NCBI GenBank assembly: GCA_028286615.1
Contig: JAQBRG010000004.1
Location: 36,480 to 100,479, forward strand
DNA length: 64,000 bases
Source of the DNA: Parcubacteria group bacterium
GTDB lineage: Bacteria > Patescibacteriota > Minisyncoccia > Phycocordibacterales > Phycocordibacteraceae
Direction: 5' to 3'
A model generated the notes under the pieces. It was not told the origin of the DNA and searched no databases. It saw only the letters and a program-made list of their open reading frames with translations. Positions 17,293 to 26,098 of the stretch are shown here, one piece after another. The position numbers and the translations under genes were made by a program. Each line of letters begins with the position of its first letter. Position 1 is the stretch's first letter.

Positions 17293-17819
17293 GGCGTTGT
17301 AACTTTCGTTCCTATCGAGAATACCGCAGACGCAGTCCATACGGGCTGCCCACTTTGCGTAGGAGTTGAAGCAAGAGACAGACTGCTGAGACGACTATCG
17401 TATGGAGCGTATTCGATGGCACCAAGAGTTCTGAAGACTGAATCGAAAGATCCAGTGATGGTAAGCGCGAGTGTGATGTGTGGACGTTGGCTCGTGGTAT
17501 CTGCAGAGACAGACGCAACCTCAACCGAGGCCCCGAGTGCCTTGCCTGTCGCCTCAAGTCCGCTTAGAAACGAAACAATGTCATCGGCACGTATGAAATA
17601 CTGGTTGATACGTCCCTCATCAGCACCGAGACTTTCAAGTGCTTCTTGGGCTGCAGCTACACGTGCTGTTTCTTGTTGCTTAGTTTCAATTGCTTGGCGA
17701 AGTCCCGCGGCTTCAGCACTCGCCTTCCCCACCACGGCAAACCATGCGCCGTATGTTGTAACGACAAGAACCAAGACTACGAGTGTTATGAGGAAGCGAA
17801 TGAAAGAGTTCCGTATCAT
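17289..17819 (-). CDS. pilO: PilO-like type IV pilus assembly protein
   Basis: Single N-terminal TM segment, then coiled-coil and alpha/beta domain; positioned after pilM-pilN. Confidence 0.5.
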   Translation of the reverse strand: MIRNSFIRFLITLVVLVLVVTTYGAWFAVVGKASAEAAGLRQAIETKQQETARVAAAQEALESLGADEGRINQYFIRADDIVSFLSGLEATGKALGASVEVASVSADTTSQRPHITLALTITGSFDSVFRTLGAIEYAPYDSRLSSLSLASTPTQSGQPVWTASAVFSIGTKVTTP

Positions 17820-18457
17820 GGCTTTAGGGTACCGGTGAGGGTAATAGTGAAGTCGATATCGCTCTCTTTTGCATACGCGCTTATGGGTAGGTCTGCACTC
17901 TTCACGAACGGAAGTCCCGCGAGCGCCTGGTTATACTTCCGTAGTGACTCGCGATCTGACGCAACGCCTGACAATGTCATGGTGCCGATTCCATCAGCTT
18001 TAGGTGGGGTGAATGTCACGCCGACAATTGAGATTCCTGGACGAGGGAGCATTATTACCGCTTTTATAGCTGCGGAGGCAGTTGGAATGGTTTGTAGCTG
18101 GGCGAGGTATGCCGCGTCCGCTTCAAGGTTTTTGGTTCGAGCATTTGCTTGTGCCTCGTCAGACCCAGCAAGAGCCGCCGAGAGCGTGTCGAGTTCTGCT
18201 TTTCCTGAGTGTATCTGTTGAGTTGCGTACACGTATGAAGGAATGAGCAAAACAGTGTGTACGAGAGCAATGCCAATAAGAAGCGTGGTTGCAACGGTTA
18301 CAAGACGGAAGAAATAATCTTTGCGGAGAGCCCGCACACGATCTTTCGGGAGAAGATTGGTTAGTTCCGTCATACCTAGGGAGTGTGTTCGCGGAGCGCG
18401 AGACCGATAGCCGTAGCATACGCAAGCGACTCGAGATAATCGATGGGCGGAAGCCAC
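17816..18457 (-). CDS. pilN: PilN-like type IV pilus assembly protein
   Basis: Bitopic protein following pilM. The real start is probably the internal Met near 18373. Confidence 0.5.
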   Translation of the reverse strand: MASAHRLSRVACVCYGYRSRAPRTHSLGMTELTNLLPKDRVRALRKDYFFRLVTVATTLLIGIALVHTVLLIPSYVYATQQIHSGKAELDTLSAALAGSDEAQANARTKNLEADAAYLAQLQTIPTASAAIKAVIMLPRPGISIVGVTFTPPKADGIGTMTLSGVASDRESLRKYNQALAGLPFVKSADLPISAYAKESDIDFTITLTGTLKP

Positions 18458-19464
18458 ACGTCTCTTGAAGCAAGATTTGTAAACACTTCCCCGAGCTCAA
18501 CTGGAAGCTTGAGAGCGGTCTCAAGATACTCAGGGAGGCCACGCACAGTTGCATTCCCTCCCGCGAGCACCACGCGTGTTACGGGTTCGTGCAAACCTCC
18601 TGCAACTGCGTGTGTCTGCCAATAATCTAAGCGGCGGACAATCTCGTCGCGAATAACGGAGACTGTTGAGAGCATGGCTGCGATATATTCTTCGTTCCCA
18701 GCACCAGCGACAAGTCCCTTTTCTGCCTTCACTCGCTTTGCCTCTTCTTCTGTAACACTGAAGTGTTTTTGCACAGCAAGCGTGAGCGCATGTCCTCCTA
18801 TATCGAGCGTTGTAGCAAAACGTGGAATACCGGATCCAACAACACTAAGTTTTGTAGTTGTTCTGCCGATGTCGATAATCAATACAGTTTCGGTATCTCC
18901 GTATGGAAGAAGCGCCCGAGCTACAGAGAAGGTCTCGCTTTCAATAGCACGCGCTGCGATACCTGCCTCGTCAAGCATACGGAGGGATTCCTCTATAACT
19001 CGCCTCGCGTACCCAACACCAACAACCTGTGCTTTCGCGTTCTCAATCTTTACGGGTGCAATATCAAAAGCAACTTCGGTAGAGGGGAGTGGTACGTATT
19101 CATCCAAATGCTGCTCGACAGAAGTGCGCCACTCGCTCAAGTTCGCTCCAGGTGCCTCTGCTTCGAAGAGATAGCTGCGGGATTCAGAAAGTGCAATGTT
19201 CGCAAATCGAATACGATGCTTCCTTGTAAGAGTACGAATTGCGTCAGCCACAACCTGAGGATTACTTATCTCTCCGCCTATGATTACGCCCGGAGCAAGA
19301 CGTTCCTCGCCAAACGCAACGAGTTCAAGTCCATGGAGTTTCTCTTCTATAACGGCGAGTTTAATGCCGCTCGCTGAGATATCGATACCTGCCGCTGGTG
19401 CAGCAAGATACCGTGGAGGTGCTAGTTCCACTCGAGCGATGCGGGCAAGCGTGTTTTTACGCAT
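18376..19464 (-). CDS. pilM: type IV pilus assembly protein PilM (actin-like ATPase fold)
   Basis: GIDISASGIKLAVIE ... LIIDIGRTTTKLSVV ... VVLAGGNATVRGL, FtsA/PilM-like motifs. Confidence 0.8.
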   Translation of the reverse strand: MRKNTLARIARVELAPPRYLAAPAAGIDISASGIKLAVIEEKLHGLELVAFGEERLAPGVIIGGEISNPQVVADAIRTLTRKHRIRFANIALSESRSYLFEAEAPGANLSEWRTSVEQHLDEYVPLPSTEVAFDIAPVKIENAKAQVVGVGYARRVIEESLRMLDEAGIAARAIESETFSVARALLPYGDTETVLIIDIGRTTTKLSVVGSGIPRFATTLDIGGHALTLAVQKHFSVTEEEAKRVKAEKGLVAGAGNEEYIAAMLSTVSVIRDEIVRRLDYWQTHAVAGGLHEPVTRVVLAGGNATVRGLPEYLETALKLPVELGEVFTNLASRDVWLPPIDYLESLAYATAIGLALREHTP

Positions 19465-19492
19465 ACTGTCCGTTAGTATACTGCCTCTTTTG

Positions 19493-19885
19493 TTAGTGCG
19501 CGCCTGTTCCTGGGGGTACTTCCCTGTCCGGAGTTAAGAATGCGAACGTTTCGTCTTTGCCAACTGCAAAAAGCATGCCGTCTGATTCAAGACCTTTAAT
19601 TGTCCGCGGCTTTAAGTTCGTTACGAACGCAAGTTGTTTTCCAATTAGAGATTCTGGTTCTGAAACGTATGCGGCGATGCCTGAAACAATCTGTCTTGGT
19701 CCCTTTTCTTCACCAAAATCTACAGAGAGCTTGAGGAGCTTGTCTGTTTCCGGCACGCGTTCAGCAGCACGCACCGTACCCACTTGCACGATTACCTTTG
19801 AGAGATCGTCTATAGAAATGCGAGGTTCCTCTACAGCTTCAGGAGCTATTTCGGCAATCGGTTCTTCTTTTATTTCTTCGTTCAT
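19493..19885 (-). CDS. tRNA-binding (EMAP/CsaA-like) domain protein
   Basis: VGTVRAAERVPETDKLLKLSVDFGEEKGPRQIVSGI, an OB-fold tRNA-binding motif. Confidence 0.7.
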   Translation of the reverse strand: MNEEIKEEPIAEIAPEAVEEPRISIDDLSKVIVQVGTVRAAERVPETDKLLKLSVDFGEEKGPRQIVSGIAAYVSEPESLIGKQLAFVTNLKPRTIKGLESDGMLFAVGKDETFAFLTPDREVPPGTGAH

Positions 19886-20274
19886 GGTCTTGAGAGAAAG
19901 CTGGTAAGGATAAGTGCTGCGGCTGAAGCGTCTACATCGGTGTGCCCTGGGCCACGGGAACCGTCAAAGAGACGCCGAGCTTCTTGGGTTGTTAGCATTT
20001 CAGGCTCGAAATGTACGGGGATATTCCCTCGCTGTTCAAGCAGTTGAGCGAACGCTTTGGCGTCCTTAGCTACCGCATTGGCGTTCCCTGCAAAATCCTT
20101 AGACTCCCCCATCACAACCGCCTCAACGTTCTTTCGCTCTATAAGGTTGAGGATCTCGTCTATAAGACGGCCGTCGTTCGGGATTATGCCGTGTGGAAAG
20201 CCCATAGCTCCTGCCTCGTCCGAGAGAGCTAGGCCTACTTTTTTGGTGCCGAAATCAATACCGAGGTAACGCAT
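19882..20274 (-). CDS. ruvX: Holliday junction resolvase-like YqgF/RuvX
   Basis: MRYLGIDFGTKKVGLALSDE.... Confidence 0.85.
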   Translation of the reverse strand: MRYLGIDFGTKKVGLALSDEAGAMGFPHGIIPNDGRLIDEILNLIERKNVEAVVMGESKDFAGNANAVAKDAKAFAQLLEQRGNIPVHFEPEMLTTQEARRLFDGSRGPGHTDVDASAAALILTSFLSRP

Positions 20275-20340
20275 ATGAAAATCCTACAAGGTATCTTCCC
20301 TAGATGCTAATTGGTTCCTTGTGGTATAGTCGCTCGCATT

Positions 20341-20425
20341 GGAGGAGTGCGTGAGTGGTCGAAACGAGCGGTCTTGAAAACCGCCAGGCCGAAAGGTCTC
20401 GTGGGTTCGAATCCCACCTCCTCCG
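20341..20425 (+). tRNA. tRNA-Ser (anticodon TGA)
   Basis: GGAGGAG acceptor, anticodon stem GCGGT/ACCGC with loop CTTGAAA, long variable arm, T-arm GTGGG-TTCGAAT-CCCAC. Confidence 0.8.
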
Positions 20426-20436
20426 CAAAATGAATG

Positions 20437-20466
20437 AGCCCCGTAGCTTTCTGCTACGGGGTCTTC
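20437..20466. terminator. hairpin terminator after tRNA-Ser
   Basis: gagccccgtagc-tttct-gctacggggtc. Confidence 0.55.
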
Positions 20467-20482
20467 ATATATCTCCTAATAC

Positions 20483-20845
20483 TTAGAGTTCGTTACGACG
20501 AGCCGCGTGTAGATGGTTCCAGAATGCACGCCAGCTTTTCAGAAGCGAGTTCGTAAATTCCACAAAGTGAGAACGCGCTTGATACTTGAAACGTAAAAAG
20601 GCCTCTTCTTGGCCAAGTTTCAGAACGTTCGCGATTGTCGGATAGTATTCGCGATACAATCCACACTTTTTGGTTAGGCGTTGAAGTTCGAGCGCCAACT
20701 CGATCCTTCTGGAAAGCTCCAGTTGGCATCTTGTTTCGCTCAGACCGGTAAGTTCTGCGGCCAGTCGTTCAATAGGCGAGAGCGTTCTCTCTACCGGAAC
20801 TGCAGAAAAATCCCGCATGCGTGTATCTTCTAACACTAGTGTCAT
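20483..20845 (-). CDS. hypothetical protein
   Basis: 120-aa ORF; no motif recognised. Confidence 0.35.
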   Translation of the reverse strand: MTLVLEDTRMRDFSAVPVERTLSPIERLAAELTGLSETRCQLELSRRIELALELQRLTKKCGLYREYYPTIANVLKLGQEEAFLRFKYQARSHFVEFTNSLLKSWRAFWNHLHAARRNEL

Positions 20846-20944
20846 AACCCCTCACAAAGATCGTTGCCAACTTCTACTTAATCACAAACGTATTCGTTTT
20901 CAAAATTACATCTTCATACGAGTGCTATCATTGCATTAAATACT

Positions 20945-21418
20945 ATGCCTCGTCCTCCGCTGTATGAATGGGATGGAATGGAGTACACCTTTGACGAAAA
21001 AGGTGGTGATTGGTATTGGGCACTCGGTATCATCGCCGTTGCTGGAACCATTGCTTCTGTACTCTTTGGCAACATCATTCTCGCGTTCGTTATCCTTGCT
21101 GCAAGCGGCACGCTCGCACTTCAAACACTGCGTCCTCCTCAGATGCGACACTTCTCCATAACAGAAGCAGGTATCGTTGTTGACGGACGTCTCCATCCTT
21201 ATGAAGAGATGCTTTCTTTCTCTGTGCTTGAATACGCAGACGAAACCATTCCCCCTTCTCTTTCCATAAAGACAAAGAAGCTGCTGTCTCCGCACCTTGT
21301 TATTCCTATAATCGGGCACGATCCCGTTGAAGTGTACGAGCACTTCCTCGACATACTTCCTGAAGGACGTCACGACGAGTCCTTCTTTGACCGCATCATA
21401 GAGATGCTCAGGCTTTGA
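20945..21418 (+). CDS. hypothetical membrane protein
   Basis: Two TM helices near the N-terminus; AT-rich upstream region. Confidence 0.45.
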   Translation: MPRPPLYEWDGMEYTFDEKGGDWYWALGIIAVAGTIASVLFGNIILAFVILAASGTLALQTLRPPQMRHFSITEAGIVVDGRLHPYEEMLSFSVLEYADETIPPSLSIKTKKLLSPHLVIPIIGHDPVEVYEHFLDILPEGRHDESFFDRIIEMLRL

Positions 21419-21451
21419 TTTAAAGGCTCGTGTGCGGTACAGTCCAAAAAC

Positions 21452-21526
21452 GCTCCTGTCGTTCAATGGATAGGACGCAACCTTGCGGAGGTTGTAATGT
21501 TGGTTCGATTCCAACCAGGAGCACCA
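21452..21526 (+). tRNA. tRNA-Arg with anticodon GCG (unusual), CCA encoded
   Basis: Acceptor GCTCCTG/CAGGAGC, D-arm GTTC/GGAC, anticodon stem CAACC/GGTTG with loop TTGCGGA, T-arm GTTGG-TTCGATT-CCAAC, then ACCA. Confidence 0.7.
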
Positions 21527-21537
21527 CCAAAGGCAGT

Positions 21538-22380
21538 CTAGGATTTAATAAAAGAAGTAGTTCCAGAACGCCACTCACTAATAGTCTTAGCCTCACCTCC
21601 AATGTCTAGGCGGGATATTTGATACTCACTTAACTCACCGTGGTCGGTTCGAATAAATCCGTCCCTATCAAAAGAAGATGGCTGCATCTTCTTTGCGAGC
21701 TCCTTATCTCCATACATTTTTTCAAACTCAGGACGGGTGTGTTCCCACGTAGCATCGCTCCCACAAGGACCATAGGGTCCTATCAAGACATATTCCTTCA
21801 CGCTCTTCTCCTCTCTAAAATCCTTTGTCCAGTCTTCGCCATGAGGCATCCACGAAGAAATCACGATATTCGGATGATATTTCTTGAGCGCATCTTTCAC
21901 TTCAAGTTTCTCAACATTCTCCCAAGGAGAATCTATCTCCCAATCGCCGGAATCTGTGGCAACCAGCTTCACTTTTCCACTAGCCACAAGATCTTTCATT
22001 GAATCCTTTAGGAGGTGGCTGAGTTTCCCGTTCCCTGCTCCGACTTCGAGTATCGTTATCGGTTCGTCTCCAGAAGACAGGTTCGCAATTCGTTCCTTAA
22101 GGTAACCTGAGAACTTTTCAATATATTCCTGAGTGAAAACCTCAAAAATATGATTATTCACTGCAAAATCTCGTATGCCATCTTCGCGTGTGGGAAAAAC
22201 ACTGTCTCCCTCCTCATTACTAAAACTGTCGGCAAGTGGTCTCAGTTCAGCATACGAAGGAAAGTAATTGGGATCTTTAAGTTTTTCTTGAAAAGCATGC
22301 GCTCGTTCTTCCAAAGAAGGCTCTCTTTTGATTTCCTTTTCTGGCACCTTTCGGAAGAGGCTGGGGAATCTGTTTTTCAT
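21538..22380 (-). CDS. class I SAM-dependent methyltransferase-like protein
   Basis: ILEVGAGNGKLS glycine-rich SAM motif. No DNA-MTase DPPY/NPPY motif. Confidence 0.45.
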   Translation of the reverse strand: MKNRFPSLFRKVPEKEIKREPSLEERAHAFQEKLKDPNYFPSYAELRPLADSFSNEEGDSVFPTREDGIRDFAVNNHIFEVFTQEYIEKFSGYLKERIANLSSGDEPITILEVGAGNGKLSHLLKDSMKDLVASGKVKLVATDSGDWEIDSPWENVEKLEVKDALKKYHPNIVISSWMPHGEDWTKDFREEKSVKEYVLIGPYGPCGSDATWEHTRPEFEKMYGDKELAKKMQPSSFDRDGFIRTDHGELSEYQISRLDIGGEAKTISEWRSGTTSFIKS

Positions 22381-22440
22381 TTCATCTATCGTAGCATCTG
22401 CCTGTTTAGCAAGTTGGGTCGATTCCGGTTGAGGTTAATA

Positions 22441-22857
22441 CTAATTGGGTCGATACCAGTCCGAGAGCTTAGCTGCCTCTTCTTGAGTAACTACTCCTTC
22501 TTCCTTTCCCCACGCAATCATGCGTAACAAAGGGCTTTGCGCAGTTTCCGCTGCCATTTCTAAATTTCTTGCTTCTTCAGCTGAGACCATGCCCTCCTCA
22601 GATAGAACATCAAACTTTTTAGAAACGTCCTCGCCAGTACCTTGAAAAGATACTCCGCCAGTTTCAGCCAGTTCGGATATAGTTTCCATCAAACCCTCCA
22701 TTGTCTCAATTTCTTCTCTTTGTTCTTGAGGAAGCTCAGGGTCTGCTTTTGCATTCGAAATCCAAGAAGGGCTTAGGTCTCGCCAGTCAAAAGTCTGTGA
22801 TGAGGTTTCCTTTTTAGGTGGAACATTTCCCGACATCTCGAAACGTGATTCTTTCAT
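22441..22857 (-). CDS. hypothetical acidic protein
   Basis: 138-aa ORF. Confidence 0.35.
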   Translation of the reverse strand: MKESRFEMSGNVPPKKETSSQTFDWRDLSPSWISNAKADPELPQEQREEIETMEGLMETISELAETGGVSFQGTGEDVSKKFDVLSEEGMVSAEEARNLEMAAETAQSPLLRMIAWGKEEGVVTQEEAAKLSDWYRPN

Positions 22858-22892
22858 ATGAGAAAGGGTAGCATAAAAGAAAAACCCGCAAT

Positions 22893-22917
22893 TGCGGGTT
22901 TTTCTTTTATTTAAAGG
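22893..22917. terminator. terminator after rpsT
   Basis: aaaaacccgcaattgcgggttttt. Confidence 0.6.
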
Positions 22918-22919
22918 CC

Positions 22920-23189
22920 TTATGCTTTAGCTCCTGCGCGAGCGATTGCCTTAGCAAGGCGGGACTTCTTTCGAGAAGCGGCGTTCTTCTTGATAACACC
23001 AGTCTTAGCTGCCTTATCAATAGCCTGGTATGCGGCTGAAAGGGACTCCTGTGCCTCTCCTACGTTAGTAGAAAGGAGGTTACGTACCTTCTTGGTTGTG
23101 TCTGCAAGAACGCGCTTGCGACGGATATTGAAGACGCGCTTCTTGAGGGATGCGCGGTGTGCCTTCTTTGCTGAAGCTGTGATTGCCAT
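22920..23189 (-). CDS. rpsT: 30S ribosomal protein S20
   Basis: MAITASAKKAHRASLKKRVFN ... KNAASRKKSRLAKAI. Confidence 0.85.
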   Translation of the reverse strand: MAITASAKKAHRASLKKRVFNIRRKRVLADTTKKVRNLLSTNVGEAQESLSAAYQAIDKAAKTGVIKKNAASRKKSRLAKAIARAGAKA

Positions 23190-23257
23190 GTGCCGAGAAT
23201 CCTACTATTTATATGGCGGTTCCGCAAGGGAGCCGCGTAAAATGGTACGATATCCTC

Positions 23258-23812
23258 ATGATTCGAGAGATTCGCGGCACCGTCCTTTCAGTAGAGCTAA
23301 CGGGAGCGGTGGTTAACGTAGGCGGTTGGGGCATCCAAGTCTACCTCCCTTCCACAAACGGCCTTCTGCCTGGAAACGAGGTAGCACTTAAGACATACCT
23401 TTGTATTAAGCAGGATGGTGTTGATTTGTATGGGTTTGAGAACGAAGAAGATCGCAAGTTCTTTGAGCTTTTGCTCTCGGTTTCAGGGGTTGGGCCCAAA
23501 ACAGCCATGTCTATACAAAGGAAGGCTCCTCGCGAAGCACTTGAGAGCGCGATTGGCACTCGAGACATCTCATACCTCACTCGAGTTATTGGCCTCAGCA
23601 AAAAGGCAGCTGAGAAGATCATGGTTGAGGTTTCAGAGAAGGTTGGGAAAGATGCCCGTGCGCATGACGATGCAGACACAGAAGTATTCGATACTCTTGT
23701 TGCTCTTGGATATAACGACCGAGAAGCACGCCTCGCTGTCTCTGGTATTCCTCCAACCATCGTTGGGAAGGACGCCCGACTTAAAGCTGCGCTTACTGCT
23801 GCCTCTCGTTAA
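23258..23812 (+). CDS. ruvA: Holliday junction DNA helicase RuvA
   Basis: MIREIRGTV...VGGWGIQVYLP...LLSVSGVGPKTAMSI (HhH). Start taken at the internal Met at 23258. Confidence 0.85.
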   Translation: MIREIRGTVLSVELTGAVVNVGGWGIQVYLPSTNGLLPGNEVALKTYLCIKQDGVDLYGFENEEDRKFFELLLSVSGVGPKTAMSIQRKAPREALESAIGTRDISYLTRVIGLSKKAAEKIMVEVSEKVGKDARAHDDADTEVFDTLVALGYNDREARLAVSGIPPTIVGKDARLKAALTAASR

Positions 23813-23814
23813 CC

Positions 23815-25083
23815 ATGCACGCGCTTAAACATTTCGCAGAGTCCGTACTTCCCCGTCCGCTCTATCGGACAATTCTTAAGCCCTACCACTTTGTTATTAC
23901 ACTTGTCTCAGCAATTAAGTACGGCTTCCCTGCCAAGAAACTAATAGTTATTGCGGTTACAGGCACCAAAGGAAAATCTTCTGTAACTGAAATGTTGTTT
24001 GCGGTACTCTCGCACGCGGGTATTGCTGCTGCGGTTGCAGGCACTATTCGTTTTGCGATTAAAGAAGAGACTCGTCCGAACCTCTACAAGATGACCATGC
24101 CGGGTCGCGGATTCATTCAGCGTTTCTTAAAGGACGCGGTTGATGCAGGAGCTACGCACGCAATTGTTGAAGTTACCTCTGAGGCGACACTCCAATACCG
24201 CCATCTGTTTCTTTCGCTAAACGGTCTTGTGTTTACGAACCTCCAGAAGGAACATATTGAATCGCACGGTTCGTTTGAGAAGTATGCGAAAGCAAAGCTT
24301 GAGATTGGCAAAGCACTCGCTCGTTCTTCAAAGCGCCCACGCGCCATAATCGCAAACAAAGATAACGTGCACAGTGCCCCATTCCTCGCGCTCCCTATTG
24401 AAGAGAAGCTTCCCTTCTCATACGAAGACGTGAAAGATGTTGAACTTGGTCCTGGTACCGCTGCATTTACATACAAAGAAGTGCGCTTCTCTATCAAGCT
24501 TCCTGGCAGCTTCAGCATAATGAACGCGCTCGCTGTTATTAAGACTGCGCAGTTCCTGGGCGTATCTCTTGAGACGTGTCGCGACGCACTTGCTGCGCTT
24601 GAGCGTATTCCGGGAAGAACCGAACGCATTGAAGAAGGCCAGGCATTCCAAGCCGTTGTTGATTACGCGCACACCCCAGACTCTCTTGCGGCACTGTATG
24701 GCGCATATCCTGTACGAAAGATCTGTGTACTTGGAAACACCGGAGGAGGACGTGACACATGGAAGAGGCCTGAGATGGGCCGCATTGCAGACCAAGCGTG
24801 TGAGGAAGTTATTCTCACAAACGAAGATCCGTATGACGAAGACCCGCGCGCAATTCTGAACTCGATGATGCGAGGTATGAAACGGGAGCCCCGAATTATC
24901 ATGGATAGGCGTGAAGCAATTCGCACCGCCCTCTCGCTTGCACGTCCCGGAGACGCGGTACTCGTAACCGGAAAAGGTACTGACCCATACATCATGGAAG
25001 CGAATGACGTTAAGACTCCGTGGAGCGATGCACAGGTAGTACGTGAAGAACTGCAGAAACTAAACCAAGGCGGAGTATCATAA
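23815..25083 (+). CDS. Mur ligase family protein (MurE-like, short N-terminal domain)
   Basis: VIAVTGTKGKSS P-loop ... VVDYAHTPDSL (MurE-like). Confidence 0.65.
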   Translation: MHALKHFAESVLPRPLYRTILKPYHFVITLVSAIKYGFPAKKLIVIAVTGTKGKSSVTEMLFAVLSHAGIAAAVAGTIRFAIKEETRPNLYKMTMPGRGFIQRFLKDAVDAGATHAIVEVTSEATLQYRHLFLSLNGLVFTNLQKEHIESHGSFEKYAKAKLEIGKALARSSKRPRAIIANKDNVHSAPFLALPIEEKLPFSYEDVKDVELGPGTAAFTYKEVRFSIKLPGSFSIMNALAVIKTAQFLGVSLETCRDALAALERIPGRTERIEEGQAFQAVVDYAHTPDSLAALYGAYPVRKICVLGNTGGGRDTWKRPEMGRIADQACEEVILTNEDPYDEDPRAILNSMMRGMKREPRIIMDRREAIRTALSLARPGDAVLVTGKGTDPYIMEANDVKTPWSDAQVVREELQKLNQGGVS

Positions 25084-25087
25084 GCGC

Positions 25088-25975
25088 ATGGGTAACGACT
25101 TTCTCCTTTTCGTAGGTATTCTTATATTCTTTTTCGTTCTTTGGTTTGCATCAGGCGGACCAACTAAACCTATTTCATTTGCAGGCCCTTACATAACTCC
25201 CATAACAGACGTTGGGGATGTGCAGTCTGGATACGATGACGGTACATGGAAAGGGTTTGGTGGTTTTTGGAATGGCAATGACGAGGCGATTAGCGGCAGC
25301 GTCTCGAGCTATAGAGATCAGGTCTATCTTGATACTTCTTCAGATGGTGTTGACGGTACGCGCGCGAACACTGAGTATCTTACGATTGAGGTTTCCAGCA
25401 GCGCAGCAAACGACGTGTCTCTCAGTGGGTGGCGGCTTGTTAGCGACAAGACGGGGACTAACGTAATCATTCCCCAAGGACGTGAGACACCTCGCACGGG
25501 CAATGTTAATCAGACAGGCGCTATCGTGCTCCATCCTGGAGACCGGGCCATCGTTTCAACAGGCTCCTCCCCTATTGGCGTTTCGTTTAGAGAGAACGCT
25601 TGTGTTGGTTATTTGGGTGACAGCGACGAGTTCACACCAGAACTTTATAACTCATGCCCGAGCGCGACTGACGAGTACTACGATTATTACGACGGCAACA
25701 CCGACAAAGACACGAAATGTTCCGACTATGTAAATACTGTTGATCGGTGCGAGACTCCAAGAGTGTCTTCAAGCCTCTCACGAGCCTGCAAAGACTTTGT
25801 TAGCGACCACCTCAACTACAACGGTTGCGTGAAGGAACATGGAGACGATAGGGACTTCAAGGGCGACACATGGCGGGTATACCTCGGACAGCGAAACGAG
25901 CTATGGAAATCAAGCAACGAGACCATACGGCTTGTGGATCCGTCGGGTAAAACGGTAGACCTGGTCTCGTATTAG
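25088..25975 (+). CDS. lamin-tail-domain (LTD)-like membrane-anchored protein
   Basis: N-terminal TM segment; EYLTIEVSSSAANDVSLSGWRLVS resembles the LTD core motif. Confidence 0.4.
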   Translation: MGNDFLLFVGILIFFFVLWFASGGPTKPISFAGPYITPITDVGDVQSGYDDGTWKGFGGFWNGNDEAISGSVSSYRDQVYLDTSSDGVDGTRANTEYLTIEVSSSAANDVSLSGWRLVSDKTGTNVIIPQGRETPRTGNVNQTGAIVLHPGDRAIVSTGSSPIGVSFRENACVGYLGDSDEFTPELYNSCPSATDEYYDYYDGNTDKDTKCSDYVNTVDRCETPRVSSSLSRACKDFVSDHLNYNGCVKEHGDDRDFKGDTWRVYLGQRNELWKSSNETIRLVDPSGKTVDLVSY

Positions 25976-25994
25976 CGGTATAACATTCACACCT

Positions 25995-26067
25995 CCGCCC
26001 ATAGCTCAGTTGGTAGAGCAGATCCCTTTTAAGGATAAGGTCCCTGGTTCGAGCCCAGGTGGGCGGA
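25995..26067 (+). tRNA. tRNA-Lys (anticodon TTT)
   Basis: Acceptor CCGCCCA/TGGGCGG (C1:G72), canonical D-arm, anticodon stem GATCC/GGATA (one G:A mismatch) with loop CTTTTAA, T-arm CCTGG-TTCGAGC-CCAGG. Confidence 0.7.
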
Positions 26068-26098
26068 CAAATTTAAAGCAAAAGCGACCACGCATATC

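Noticed and set aside
23815-25083. Assigning the Mur ligase specifically as MurF, FolC or CapB
   Set aside because: Only the generic Mur ligase P-loop and the DYAHTPDSL block are visible. The latter favours MurE but does not exclude paralogues, so it is left at family level.
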